From the human T2T-CHM13v2.0 reference genome, Homo sapiens: a DNA stretch of 64,000 nt. How positions within the stretch are numbered: position 1 is the stretch's first letter; each line of letters opens with the position of its first letter. The stretch lies in the NCBI RefSeq assembly GCF_009914755.1, contig NC_060944.1. The stretch is one strand, 5' to 3'. Shown piece after piece: positions 30,736-43,650 of this stretch. A model generated the notes under the pieces. It searched no databases and was not told the DNA's origin. It was given only the letters and a program-made list of their open reading frames with translations. The position numbers were made by a program, and so were the translations under genes.

Positions 30736-32689
30736 GCAAATCCACAACCATGACACATGCCAAATTGTCCTGTCATGTAGTTTGGTCACAGACTTTTGGA
30801 AAACTTGCTGTATAATGAATGATTTCTCTTTTTTAATGTGCAAAGGTCTGGAAAACATCCTTAGAAATATAGCTGGTGTTTCTTTTATTTGCTCCATGTC
30901 AAATGGCAGAGCTGGAAGTGCTCAGTTAAACCCTGATTCCTTGCAGCTTAATTCTTCAGTCTCAGTTTTAGAGTAATGAAATACCAAGTGGCTGAATTAG
31001 CAGATTTTGGAATGCTGTATAATGTTCTCTTTATAATGGAAATGATTGATGGTATTGTGTAAATGTTCTATGATATTTGGTAAAAGTTAATAATTCTGTT
31101 TTCTTATTTGTAACCTTATCATAATTTCTACCATAGTAATGAGCAGACTTTTAGACTGGCAATTTATTGAAAATGTTAGTAAAATAATGATATCATATGA
31201 GGCAGTTTAGTCTATAATCTCAAATGTAATTTAGCAGAAAATATTAAATAGCCATTTTGTAAACTGACAGAACTCAATTTTTAATGAATTGAAATACAGA
31301 TGGAGAGAAATGCCAAAATGGATTAATAGTGTTATAATAGCTGATCCTTTTAGACCAGACCACACTGTCTTCAAGATATATGCCTATTAAAATCTTGGTA
31401 TTCTAATTTTAAATATGACAGTAGTGCTATTAACATAAAAATATGACTCGATTAATAAGATTCACTTTATGACTATTTAACTCTCTCATAGTCAGGAAGA
31501 ATCCCTCAGTCTAGTATTCAAGAGAATCTTCTTAATTTCTAGATTTTCGAATAGAAGTAGGAGATTAAATCAAAATGCCAGTTGTTTTATGAAATGAAAA
31601 GAATGTCTGTTGTTGCCTTTTCAGATTAGGCATATTGGTACTTGGTGTTATCTTCCTGATATTAATTTTATACTACTCCTGTATTTTTACTAAGATGAAT
31701 TTGGTTTAAATGTGAAAATAAATTATTTAAAAAGAGATAAATCTTTTGCAATCAATGTTGGCAATAGAGTTGATTTGCAGCAGTGTTATCTTTGAAATTA
31801 AGTGATAGTGCCAGTAAGGGTTGCTTAGAATACTTCTTACAGATACTTATATGAATTAATGGAATTGTACACTTATTACCCGTGAAGATAAATATGATCA
31901 TTGAAATGGTATGTGAAACATTCAATTCCTAAATTAACTAGAATGAATAAGAACTTTCATTGAGTGATTTTTTATTGTATAGCCGAATATACTCCTGAGT
32001 CTATAGGGAGCTTTGCCTTTGAGTTGACTCATAAATATTATGCTTTTCGATGAGGTAATTTGGTCCTCCAGTAACTAAACCCCTGAAGGGGAAGTCTAAT
32101 ATTGTCCTGTTCTTGAACTTCCCTCTAAATTTAGGACTGATACAGTGAGGGGTTACCTTTTAATATGCAGTATTTACTGCTTTAAAAACTAAATTAACTA
32201 CTCCTCTTGGTCTATTGTTAATGAATTGAGGGTTCAGCTTAACCTTCACAAACTGTTTAAATGAAGCACCTGATGATATTTAAACTCACTGTAATATTTC
32301 ATTTAAAATAAATCCCAGAGGTACAGGTTCTAAGGTTGTAAGAAAGCCACGGTGTTCCTATATATATGTATTTATTTCTTTTACACTAGGCCAGACCTTT
32401 ATAATTTATAACCAGGATGATTTCTGTGGCCTTTAAATGTCCACAGTGCTTGATAATTTCTTCCTTGTTCATGGTCCTGTTAGGTAAAAGTTTTACACTT
32501 ACAAAATTAGATACAAAGCTTATTCTCAAGAAGCATACAGCCTGATAACCATATTCAGTATCTCCACAAGGATAAAGAAGTGATCTAATGGAAAGAGATC
32601 AAGTAATGATCAAATACTTCATATTTAGAAGATCAGAGAAAGCTTCAAGGAGAAATTGCCTTAAACATGTGTTGGAAGTTAGTATAGAT

Positions 32690-33198
32690 GGGCTTTGGTC
32701 CTTTTAGTGGACTTTACAGTGCTCTGCTCACCTGAGTCCATTTATAGCTGTGGATGGTTCTTGGCATGCAGATGTTTTCCTAAGTCAGGCATCAGCACCT
32801 TTTTGCTTTTCTGCCTTTGGGCTTTCTCTGGCACTAGAAGAGCTTGCTTGGCTATGCTGCAGTTTCCACAGGGGAATGGAGAGGAGTTAACACCCTCAAG
32901 AGCAACCCTCAGACAGTGGCTGATGGGAAAGAATCTATAGATCAATGGCCCTGCCTCCCCAGCCTCCTTCAGGAGAACCATTTGGTGGTGTGACCTTCAT
33001 GTTTACCAGAGGGTCCCTAACAGGATTGTGCTCCTGTGGCTCACAGTAGTAACTTCATCATTAATGCAGCCATTATTGCATTTTCTTTCTTTTCTCGCTT
33101 TCCATTTTCTTATATTTCTTGAGATCACTTCTGAATTAAACCATCTACTTCCAAATCCTTTTCTCAGCATCTACTTTTGGTGTACCCAAACTAAAACG
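32690..33198 (+). mobile_element. LTR16-like ERVL solo LTR
   Basis: CAGAGGGTCCCTAACAGGATTGTGCTCC...GATCACTTCTGAATTAAACCATCTACTTCCAAATCCTTTTCTCAG...ACCCAAACTAAAAC. Confidence 0.8.
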
Positions 33199-33745
33199 GT
33201 TTGTTAGCGTTGGAGAAAGAACAGCGTGAATCAAGTTGTGCAGATTAAGTATAGCATCAGTGAGTGGTTCAGTTTAACTAGACTATCAGGTTTATGGTTC
33301 CAGGGCAATAAAATTAGTCAGGTCACAAGGAACTTAAAAGTCAGTCTAAGGATTTGGGGCTTTTCTTCAGGCATTGCAGACTTTCCAAAGACTTAGCAGA
33401 AGGAGGTGACATGATCAGGATTTTGCTTCCACATAGTGACTTGATGGCAGTCTTTAAAAGAGATCGAAGATGAGGGAGACTGAAAGTGTGGAGAACATCT
33501 AGGAGACGGTTCTGTCGTGCTAGGATCTAGGTTAGGCAGTAACACTAGTGGGAATGGAAAGGAAGGATAGTAAATGCTACATTTAGCAATCGGTTTGATA
33601 TGGATGCCACAGGAGAGAAAGGCATTAAAAATAATGCAATATTTCTAGCTTTGACTGCTAACTGGGAGGATGGCAATGCTTTGTTCAAAACAGAAAACAC
33701 AGAGGACGAACATATTTAAGTGAGATAAAACTTTTAGTTTACTTC

Positions 33746-34230
33746 TGTGGCAAAATCTGTTAGTTGTCTGTACAACAGTCTTTCTCCCTTTCTTTTTCAG
33801 TATGAGAATCCTCATTTTGGTCAGGCCTATAGTGTGTCCAGATAAGAGATATTTCCCAGCTTCCCTTGCAGCAGGTTGTAACCATGTGACTAAGTTCTGG
33901 GTAATGTGATATACAACAGTGTTGTGTTAGACTTCAAGGAAGGCTGCATGAGAGGAGGAGACCCATCTAGAGGTAAGCGCCTTCACCTTGCCCTCATTCT
34001 TACTGCCTAGCATCCCAAAACACGGAAGTCCAGCCAGAGTCTCAGACTTTTGGAGCTTGGAAGCCGCATGATGGGAATTTTTAAAGACTAGGGAGACCAC
34101 ACCAGCCCCAAACTGCCTACCTCCAGAATTTATTTGTTTAAGAGAGAAATAAACATCATCTTCTCTGAGGCACTGGTATTTTGGGTTTCCTTTTTTACAT
34201 AAGCTGTTGTACCTAATGCTGTCTGATGAC
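33746..34230 (+). mobile_element. MLT1 (MaLR) solo LTR
   Basis: ATTTCCCAGCTTCCCTTGCAG...CCATGTGACTAAGTTCTGG...CTGCCTACCTCCAGA...GAGAGAAATAAAC. Confidence 0.85.
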
Positions 34231-34329
34231 ACAGAGTATATTGAGCCTGAATTAAGAGCAGAATATCTAGATGGAGATGTTCGATAGGCAGTTAGAAATA
34301 AAAATAAATACATAAATTTAATAATAGCA

Positions 34330-34490
34330 ATTAACATTTGAGTGATAATTATATTTCCAGGTCCTTATTGTGTATGCAAGGAGGCATACAGAGGCTTAAC
34401 AGTTTGCACAAGATATATAACTGATAAGTGGCAGAGGTGGGATGGAAACCCTATACTCTCTGATGTCACACTGTTAACTATTGTGCTGTA
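34330..34490 (-). mobile_element. MIR fragment
   Basis: ATAAGTGGCAGAGGTGGGATGGAAACCC. Confidence 0.6.
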
Positions 34491-34824
34491 GGGTGGGATG
34501 GAGCTTAGAAGAAAGGTCACAAGAATTTATTTTTAAGAGAAGATAAGTTGAGATAATTCTTTAAAACTACTAAAAACACAGAAGTATTTATTTGCATACA
34601 TATTTCACAAAATTGTTTTATGACTTTTAAATCATTTACATAATATCCATGAGATCCACAGTTTTTACAAGTAAAATTATGTCAAGAAAGAAATTCAGCT
34701 GTCAATCTGAATTATAGTAATTGGTGAATTAGGGAAGTTTATTAATATTTCTCTTGTCTTTTTAGAGATGTTTATTAAGAGTTCTACCAGGTCCAAACAA
34801 ATGGAAAGGCATCGAATAACTATA

Positions 34825-34960
34825 AAGTTAGAAAAGAATTTAGACATTATCTGGTGCAGTGCTCTGCCTTTAAGATGAGGAAGTGAGACCTGAAGCAGTT
34901 GAGTGACTGAAAGTGGTTTATCAGAGTTAGGGACAGAACCAAGAAAATAATTCGGCCTTC
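34825..34960 (-). mobile_element. MIR/MIR3 fragment
   Basis: AAGATGAGGAAGTGAGACCTGAAGCAGTTGAGTGACT...GGGACAGAACCAAG. Confidence 0.55.
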
Positions 34961-35229
34961 TTATTCATCCTTAAGTTTCCCATATGCCAGGCTTGAAGAA
35001 AGCTCTGTTGCAATTACCTCTAAGTTCTCACTGATCCTGATCCCCAGGATGTGAAATGGTTAAGTATTATATTTAGAGTACTTCCACAGCAGAGGGGGTA
35101 AGTCAGGCACAAATCCAGCCATGCTGACTATCTGTTGTAAGAGAAAATTATTTGTCTCAATTCCTCTTTTTAAAAAATTCAGATTATGTTTTAATGTGAT
35201 TATTTGGCTGAAGAATATCATGGCATAAA

Positions 35230-35642
35230 ATTCAAATTCCTCCTTAGAGCGTACAGGGCCTTCTATGATGTGCTCGCCTGCTGTTATCACGGCACTTCCC
35301 CTTGCTCTAGCCATGCTGTTCCTGGACATTGTTGATCATGTTCCTACCTTAGGGCTGTCTCACTTACAGTCCTCTCTTCTAAATACTCTACTATTATTAT
35401 CTGCAGAGCTGAATTCCTCACTTCCTTTATGGGTAGCTCATACGTCATTTCACAGGATATATTACTACCTGGTCTGTTTAAATGGAATTGTTTATTTTTA
35501 TATGTATTCATTAGTCTGTCTGACTTTGCTAGTGTCATGAAGATAGGCACTTTTTTTTTTTTTGCTGTATATTCAATGCCTAAAGTAGTATCTGTCTAAC
35601 ATGTGGTATGTATTCAATAAAAAATGTGTTGAATAAATGAAG
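35230..35642 (+). mobile_element. L2 3' end
   Basis: TATTCAATAAAAAATGTGTTGAATAAATGA terminus. Confidence 0.7.
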
Positions 35643-35958
35643 ATAGTACGTGAGGGCTAACTTATAAAAGTAGTATTCTATAATACAGATTGTTATTTTA
35701 GAGCCCACTTAATAGTTGTTACTTTCTGTTTTCTTAAAAACCATTATGGAAGTACTGTAATCAAGAGGTTTAAATATATTGAAGGCCAGTTACTAAAAAT
35801 AGTTTATCTGGAGCACTTCAGGTATGAGGCCTTTTCAGAGTCTGTCATCTGTAGTCAATGTGAGCTCCTTTGTTCTTCAGGTATTCCAAATTTCTGGAAT
35901 ATTTCTGCAGTTTCTAACTAGGACTAGGTACCTGGCCACCATTATCTTATGGTAGTAA

Positions 35959-35977
35959 ATGACCCTCTAGTGGCCTG
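35959..35977 (-). promoter_or_regulatory. Candidate CTCF binding motif
   Basis: Reverse complement CAGGCCACTAGAGGGTCAT matches the core CCACTAGAGGG; 3' flank is non-consensus. Confidence 0.35.
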
Positions 35978-37489
35978 AGTGAGTTGATGTATTTTACTTA
36001 TTGTTAATTTGGTGCAACTTTGAAGAATTGCTTTCAGAATCTAAGTCTTTTTCAATATAGAGAGACTGAAAATTTTATGCATACAAATTTGTAGTCATAG
36101 AAAATAATAATAATAATAATGGCAACCAGTGTTTATAGAACTGTCATTATGTGTCTGCACTGGGCCAAGCTCTTTACACGTGTTGAGGTTTTAAGTGTGT
36201 GTCACCATCAGCAGGTAGGGGAAATTTTCTATTTAGAGAAAAATAGACCAGTTCATATTCTTAAACAGAAGAGACAGTGCACAGCTCTACCTGCCTTGGA
36301 GGAAATTGTCATTTTATGGTCTTAAGGAAGGAGATGAAATAAGCATAATAAATAGTAGTAAAAGCAGAAACACAGTGAAAGAGACGTAAAACACATTCAT
36401 AACAAAGCCCCAGGTGACTGAAACATAACCTGTGGATAACCAGCAATGAATGTGTAATAGGAATGTTTCAGATGATTTTTTAAGACATTTTATTAAGTGA
36501 AGAAATGCAAGCCTTTTTATTTTGCTTGACAACTATTTAATTTTCTAGTATGACCAATAATACAGAAAATAAAGTGAAAAGGGTAAAATTTCTAAAACAA
36601 AGTGGACAAATAAATGATTTTGGAAAGAAACCCAAGTACTTCAAGATAGAGAGAACTGCAGAATAATCAGAATCATAAAATTCAATCTTCATCAGATGGA
36701 AGTTTGGTCATTCTTATTTAAACAGTGCAACCATCTTCATTTGCTAAGTTTCCTGAAGAGTTAAGACTACTCACAAAACAGAAAATTCCAGTAGCTAACA
36801 TATGGCAGCAATGCAATGAAATGGAAAGAAAAATGGCCAGTTTACCTGAATATTGTCTCATCAAGACAGTTTTTTTAATATTCTGCAAGTGGCTGGAGAA
36901 TTGATTTGCTTGTATATGGTTTGACAGAGAAACATTTTTTTTTTCAATCTGGGAAAGCAATTCCCAGAGGATTTAAAATAGTTAGAGAAATTCATCATGT
37001 GATTTTTCTCTTCTCAATGAAGCTTTATCTATGAAAATGACTTGCATACATAGTTAATGTTGCAATAATATGGCACAAAATAAACAATTCTTTTAACCAT
37101 GGTCATATATCATTGAAGACACATGCATCTAGAAGTTATATGCAATTTATGGATTTTCTAAATATTTAAAGTGTCATGAATGGCTGGTCTTAGTTTTAGT
37201 CAGTATGTTTTTATTGCCAGTAAGTTACAGATACAGCAGACAAGTGAACACAAAACTGATTTTGTGATTGACTTAGCTGAAAGATATGAAACTTCTAATT
37301 TAAATTCTCAAATTCTATAATGCGATTCTGTATCTATTTGACGTTACTTGTAAAGCAAAGAGAAAAAATTGCTACAGCGTACCTTGTGGAATAAATGCAA
37401 TGAGTTATCAAATCAAATGAGGCAAACTGAAATTATTTTGAATCTTTTTTGTATTTGAGTTTTCATAGTTATGGCTTTCTACCATTTTT

Positions 37490-38030
37490 AAACTCGGTTT
37501 AGATATCATTTCTTCAGAAAAGCTTCTCTGATCCCTACCACCACTACCACCATCCCCTTTCCCAGTATTAGGTGCTTCAGTTCTACACTCTCATAACACT
37601 TCTACCTTTCCTTTTTGGCACCTGATGCCCTTGCAATTGTTAGTTTAAATTCTCTCATCCAGCCTTTATTACAGGCACCCCGAGGGCAAGGATGATGTCA
37701 GTCTTGTTAACAACCTAAGGTGAGTCAAGCACATTGCTCCATCAGTTCTTCCTTCTCCTGAATCATAAGCTTTCCCTTCTCTGTTGGCTCATCCCATCAA
37801 TATACAAACATGCTATTGTTTTTCCTTTTTTCAAAATAACTCTCTTGACTCTATGTCCCCCATTTCTAACTTTCTTACAACTTTTCATCAAAACTCCTTG
37901 AAATGGTTGCCAATACTAGTTATCTTTAATTTTTTCCTCTTTCATCCACTTTAGTAACCCATCACTCTACTGAAAATGCTTTTATTAAGGTCACCAATGA
38001 GTGCCAGTGGTCAATTCTCATCTATATACA
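37490..38030 (+). mobile_element. L2 fragments
   Basis: AAGCTTCTCTGATCCC, GAGGGCAAGGA, AAAACTCCTTGAAA, AAGGTCACCAATGA. Confidence 0.65.
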
Positions 38031-38132
38031 TTGAAGATTGTTAGCAGAGGTTCCTAATACTTTCTCAGTGAATCAGCTACAGCTTGGCAACTACCCACGT
38101 CAGTTTTCTTCCACAGAAGGTCTGTTGATAAC

Positions 38133-38584
38133 TGTATTACTTTCCTAGGGCTTCCATAACAAAGTACCTCAGTTTCTGCTTAATACTGCAGAACTTGATT
38201 CTCTCAAGTTCTGGTGGCCAGAAGTCTGAACTGAAGGTATTCAGGGCCACACTCACTCCAAAGGCTTCAAGAAATAAAGAATCCTTCCCTGCTTCCAATT
38301 TGTGGTGGCTTTCGGAATTCCTTGGCTTGTGGATACACAACTCCAACCTCTGCCTCCATCTTCATATGGACTTCTTCTCTGTCTGCGTGTGTCACTCTTC
38401 TCTATGTCTCCTAATAGGACAATTGTCATTAGATTTAGAACCCACCCACATAATCCAGGATGATGTCATCTCAGGATCTTAACTACATCTGCAAAGACCC
38501 TTTTTCCAATTAAACTACCATTCAAGTTTCCAGGCATTAGGATATGGACATATCTTTTGTGGGGGCACCATTCAGCTCACTGTG
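38133..38584 (-). mobile_element. MLT1C-like MaLR solo LTR
   Basis: TGTATTACTTTCCTAGGGCTTCCATAACAAAGTACC...TACATCTGCAAAGACCCTTTTTCCAA; 5-bp TSD ATAAC at 38128-38132 and 38585-38589. Confidence 0.92.
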
Positions 38585-38846
38585 ATAACGATCCCAGTGT
38601 TCACTGCTTTTGTTCATAGTGGAGGTATGATATAATATTCTCGACCAGATGCCAATTTTACCACTAATTAATTTTTTAATTCAACAGATAGTTATTGAGT
38701 ACCCCTTATGCGTCATTATAGGTCCTGAAGAGAAAGTGTAAGCAAATCCCTACTCTCATGGAGTTACATTCTAGTTGAGGGAAAAATAGAATTATTCTTA
38801 TATTACTTAAAGTACATTAGTACATTTCCTAAAGTTATAGAAGTCA

Positions 38847-39189
<343 letters not shown>

Positions 39190-39799
39190 TAAAAGCCAGA
39201 ACATACACAATACAAAGCAATCTTTTCCATTCAGTGGTTGGCAGACTGCATATCAGATGTTTCACCCATGTGCTAAAGCAAAAGAAAAAAAAAAGTGCCA
39301 AAAGTCTTATTAAATTTATGTTTATCTGTTGACAAGTGATACAATGTCATGCATTTAGTGTGATTTTAAACCCCAGAGTAAATGAGAAAGTGATACCATG
39401 ATGACCCTGATTTCGCTCATTAATGTTGTATTTATACCACATTATTAGTCTAATTAAAATAAATATAAACAATGTACCTTCCATATCATGAAGCCGATTT
39501 CAAACTAACTTCTGTTTCATTTAACACCTCTCCTGCTTCCCACCTTTTCCGAAATACTTAATTATGCTGTTTTCTTTGCTGGCTGTAAATTATGTAGATT
39601 TTGTTATTCTTACTAACACTATATGCCTAGGCACTTCACCCACCTTAACCATCACCCTGTATTGTGATAGCGTCTTCCATATGCGTACTCCCTAGTGAAC
39701 AATGAGCTCTCTAATAGGAGAGGCCGTATCATTTCAGTTTTTGTTTTCCCAGCACTCTACACGTATGTGACATGTAGTGGGTTAAAAATGAATTAAACT

Positions 39800-40050
39800 T
39801 AGTCAACTGTAGGCTTGACAAGTACAAGGAGCAGGATTCCTTGGATGCTGAGTGACCTAGCTGTATCAACCAACTGTCTAGTATTGGGTTCTTCTTTGCC
39901 AATTTAACTCAGTGTCCTTGTCTTTGAAAAACAGAGAATAATAACAATGAAAGGACTTATGGATTATTTGTGAGACACAGTGATGTGTATTAAGCATGCA
40001 CTTACTGTGTACCTAACTCTTAGTAAGCACTCTGTAGATCTTAGTCATTA
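39800..40050 (+). mobile_element. MIR (diverged)
   Basis: TTTAACTCAGTGTCCTTGTCTTTGAAAAACAGAGAATAATA...TAGTAAGCACTC. Confidence 0.55.
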
Positions 40051-40446
40051 ACTTTGCTTGGTTTTTGTTTTTAGCATTATTGCTTTAAACATCTATCCTG
40101 ACAATGAAGTGGATTTTCACTTATACAAATAGCTTTTAATTGAAACACACAGAGGTTTCAATTTGGCAGGACCCAAGGTTTAAAATTGTAGGCAGCTTAA
40201 TAAATAGAAAGTATAATTAATGGCTCAAATTTTGAAAGCCATTAACTATATTTTAGTGACATGACTTGGAAGAGTTAGCTGCATAAAGCACACATTTTTA
40301 TAAAAAGAAAGGTAAGTGGTGATGTTTTCTAAGCTTTCTACTGTTTCTCCCAAGCACCTTTTTTTGAGTGGATGTCATCCTTAACTTTTCCCATTCTTTT
40401 ATATTTTATATTTGACAATTCACTATGTTTTAAAAAGGGTTTCTTG

Positions 40447-40737
40447 GGCCGGATGCAGTGGCTCACACCTGTAATCCCAGCACTTTGAGAAGCTGAGGCA
40501 GGTGAGTCACAAGGTCAGGAGTCTGAGACCAGCCTGGCCAACATGGTGAAACCCCATCTCTACTAAAAATACAAAAAATTAGCAGGGCGTGGTGGTGAGT
40601 GCCTGTAATCCTAGATACTTGGGAGGCTAAGGCAGGAGAATCACTTGAACCAGGGAAGAAGAGGTTGCAGTGAGTCAAGATCATGCCATTGTACTCCAGC
40701 CTGGGTGACAAAAGCAAAACTCCATCTCAAAAAAAAA
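40447..40737 (+). mobile_element. AluSg-like
   Basis: TCACAAGGTCAGGAGTCTGAGACCAGCCTGGCCAACATGG; A-tail. Confidence 0.95.
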
Positions 40738-40949
40738 TTTTTTTCTCATTAAATATTTGTTATATGAATCTCTTCTCTCTTCGTCAATTTGTTAATTCTG
40801 TCTTCACTTTATCACTTTGAAAATTGAAGTCATAGAATTTAAGCAATGAATAATAATGGTACTTATATAAATGAATTTTGCTTTTATATTACTACACTCA
40901 AAATACATTTTCAGTAAAAATTGTTTGAAGTGTTGCCTATTAAGATGTT

Positions 40950-42530
40950 TTTAAATAAATTCTCTTGTGTATATTTAAGATACAAAACATTATAAGACAC
41001 ATCTATATAGTAAAATTATTACTATAGTGGAACAAATTAACATATTCATTATCTCACATAGTTACCCATTCCCCCTACAGTGACAAGAACAGCTATATCT
41101 ACTCATTTAGCAAAAATCCTGAAAAAAATATACTGCTATTAACTATAATCCTCATGTTGCACATTAGATTTTTGGACTTTTGTTCATCCTACATATTTGC
41201 TATTTTACATACTTTGACTTGCATCTTCCTATTTCCTCCTCCCACCTCAACCCTTTATTCCTTTTTTAATAGATTCCACATATAAGTAAGATCATGCAAT
41301 ATTTTTCTTTCTGTGTCTGGCTTATTTAATTTAGCATAATGTCTTCCAGGTCTATCCATGCTGTAGCAAATGATAGGATCTCCTCCCTTCTTTAAGGCAG
41401 AATAATATTCAATTGTGTATGTATACCACAGTTTATTTCATCCATTTGTCTGTGGACACACAGGTTGCTCCTATATCTTGGCCATCGTGAATAGTGCTGC
41501 TGTGAACATGGAAGTGCCAATGTTTCTCTGTCATAATGACTTCCTGTGCTATTAATATATACCCAGCAGGATTGCTGGATCTTATGGCAGTTTTGTCTTT
41601 AATTTTTTGAATAACCTCCAGACCATTTTCCATAATGGCTGTAGCAATTTACATTCCCACCAACAGTTTACAAAGGTTCTCTTTTCTCCACGCCCTTACC
41701 AACACTTGTTAGCTCTTGTTTTTTGATAACAGTCATCCTAACAGATGTGAGGTGTTATCTCACAGTGGTTTTCATTTGCATTTCCCCGATGATTAAAGAT
41801 TAGGGCACCTTTTCATGTACCAGTTAGCCATTTTTATGTCATCTTTGGAGAAATGCATATTCAAGTTCTTCGCCCATTTTAAAATTGGATTATATGTTTT
41901 CTTGCTATTCAGTGTCATGAGTTCTTTATAAGTCATGGATATTAACCCGTTATCTGTTGCAGGGTTTACAGTTTTAAAAAATAATTTGTAGGTTGTCTTT
42001 TTATTTTATTGTTTCCTTTGCTGTGCAGAAGCTTTTAAGTTTGATGTAGTCCCATTTATTTATTTTTGATTTTGTAGGCTGAATTTTGGCATAATACACA
42101 AGAAATAATTGTCAGGGCTAATGCCAAGGAGGTTTTTCCGTATTTCTCCTAAGACTTTTGCGGTTTCAGGTCTTAAGTGTAGGTCTTTTATTTGTTTTGA
42201 TTTGATTTTTGTACATGATGTAAGATAAGAGTCAATTTTATTATTTCGCATGTGGAAATCAAGTTTTTGTAGCACTATTTGTTGAGGAGACTATTTTTTC
42301 CTCTTTGCGTCCAGTTGGTGATCTTGTCAAAAATTTGTTGACTGTGTAAGTTCGGGTTTACTTTTGAGCTCTCTACTCTGTTCTCTGTGTCTCTTTTTTT
42401 ATGCTAGTACCATACTGTTTTGATTACTGTAGCTTTGTAATATAATTTTAAATCGGGCAGTGTGATGCCTCTAACCGTATTTTTCTCAGAATTGCTTTGG
42501 CTATTCATAGTATTTTGTGGTTCCCCATTT
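40950..42530 (-). mobile_element. L1MA9/10-like 3' portion
   Basis: AAATTAACATATTCATTATCTCACATAGTTACCC 3'UTR motif; ORF 42060-42275 DSYLTSCTKIKSKQIKDLHLRPETAKVL matches ORF2p; possible TSD remnant CCTATTAAG at 40936 and 42540. Confidence 0.92.
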
Positions 42531-42669
42531 AAAAAATATCCTATTAAGTTTTCATTTTCTAAAAACCACACTGAGTTATTGAAAAATGGAGTTTTTAGTC
42601 CACTAGTATTATTTTAAAATATCTAATTTTAGGGATTTTGTGTGTGTGTGTATGTATATAAGAAATTGT

Positions 42670-42925
42670 TGAGAGACAGCATTGAGTTGGGGTATGGATC
42701 ATAGGCTCCAGAACCAGTCTTCCAGAACTTGAATATGGGTTCTGCTACTTATAGCTGTACAACTTTGGGCAGAATGGTTAATCTCTCTATGCCTCAGTTT
42801 TTTTCATTTTTAAAATGAATTTAATAATGTTATTTACTAACAGTTGTGAGGATTGAATGAGTTAAATCACTTAAAACACTTAGAATAATGCTAGACACAT
42901 AGAAAGAACTGAATAAGTATTAGTT
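42670..42925 (+). mobile_element. MIR
   Basis: TCTGCTACTTATAGCTGTACAACTTTGGGCAG...GCCTCAGTTT...GTGAGGATTGAATGAGTTAA. Confidence 0.88.
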
Positions 42926-43224
42926 CTGCAAATTAATTAATGGAGTGAAAAGGTTTTTTGTTTTGTTTTGTTTTATTTTTGGTTGTGAGTACACATAGAT
43001 AAGTCCCAGAGGCAGGAAGTCATGGGATTTTTACAGAGTTAAGAAGTAAAAGAAAGCCCATGAAAATGAGACTTGGGCCAGGTCTTAGAGGTTCTGCCCT
43101 CAACATTCCAAACAAGAGGCCACAGTAATCCCACATCCCATAGGTCATCTCTGAGATCACTGGCAGACTTCCCACACTCAGAGATTTGAACCTTATTCTA
43201 TAGGCAAAGGGAAAATATTGAAGA

Positions 43225-43650
43225 TAGTACAGAGGCTAGTACATGGGCTTTAGCAGCAAACTCCCTGGAATTGGCTTCTGATTCTTTTCTGTACCTGAGT
43301 TTCATTATTGATAATAGTAATGATTCCTACTTTATAGGGTCTTGCAATGATTAAATGAGGCAATATAGCTAATATATTCAGAACAAACTTGTCTAACCCC
43401 AGCTGGTCACAATGGCTTTGAATGTTTGAATGCAGCCCAACACAACTTCATAAACTTTCTTAAAACATTATGAGGTTTTTTTGCAATTTTTTTTTTTGTT
43501 TTAGCTCATCAACTATTGTTAGTGTTACTGTATTTTATGCGTGGCCCAAGACAATTCTTCTGCTTCCAGTGTAGCCCAGGGAAGCCAAAAGTTTGGACAT
43601 CCCTGAAGAACATTGCCTGGCTAATAGTAATTGTTTAATAGAAATTGGCT
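43225..43650 (+). mobile_element. MIR interrupted by MER30
   Basis: CCTACTTTATAGGGTCTTGCAATGATTAAATGAG ... AGAACATTGCCTGGCTAATAGTAA. Confidence 0.7.
43384..43605 (-). mobile_element. MER30 (hAT-Charlie non-autonomous element)
   Basis: GCAGCCCAACACAACTTCATAAACTTTCTTAAAACATTATGAG...GTGGCCCAAGACAATTCTTC...CCCAGGGAAGCCAAAAGTTTGGACATCCCTG. Confidence 0.92.

Larger units (their letters stand above)
32470..34325 (-). mobile_element. L2 fragments split by two LTRs
   Basis: GATCAGAGAAAGCTTCAAGGAG, GACATGATCAGGATTTTG, GTGGGAATGGAAAGGAAGGATAG, GGAGATGTTCGATAGGCAGTTAG. Confidence 0.65.

Noticed and set aside
33927-34337. 136-aa minus-strand ORF
   Set aside because: It spans an MLT1/L2 junction and is a chance frame.
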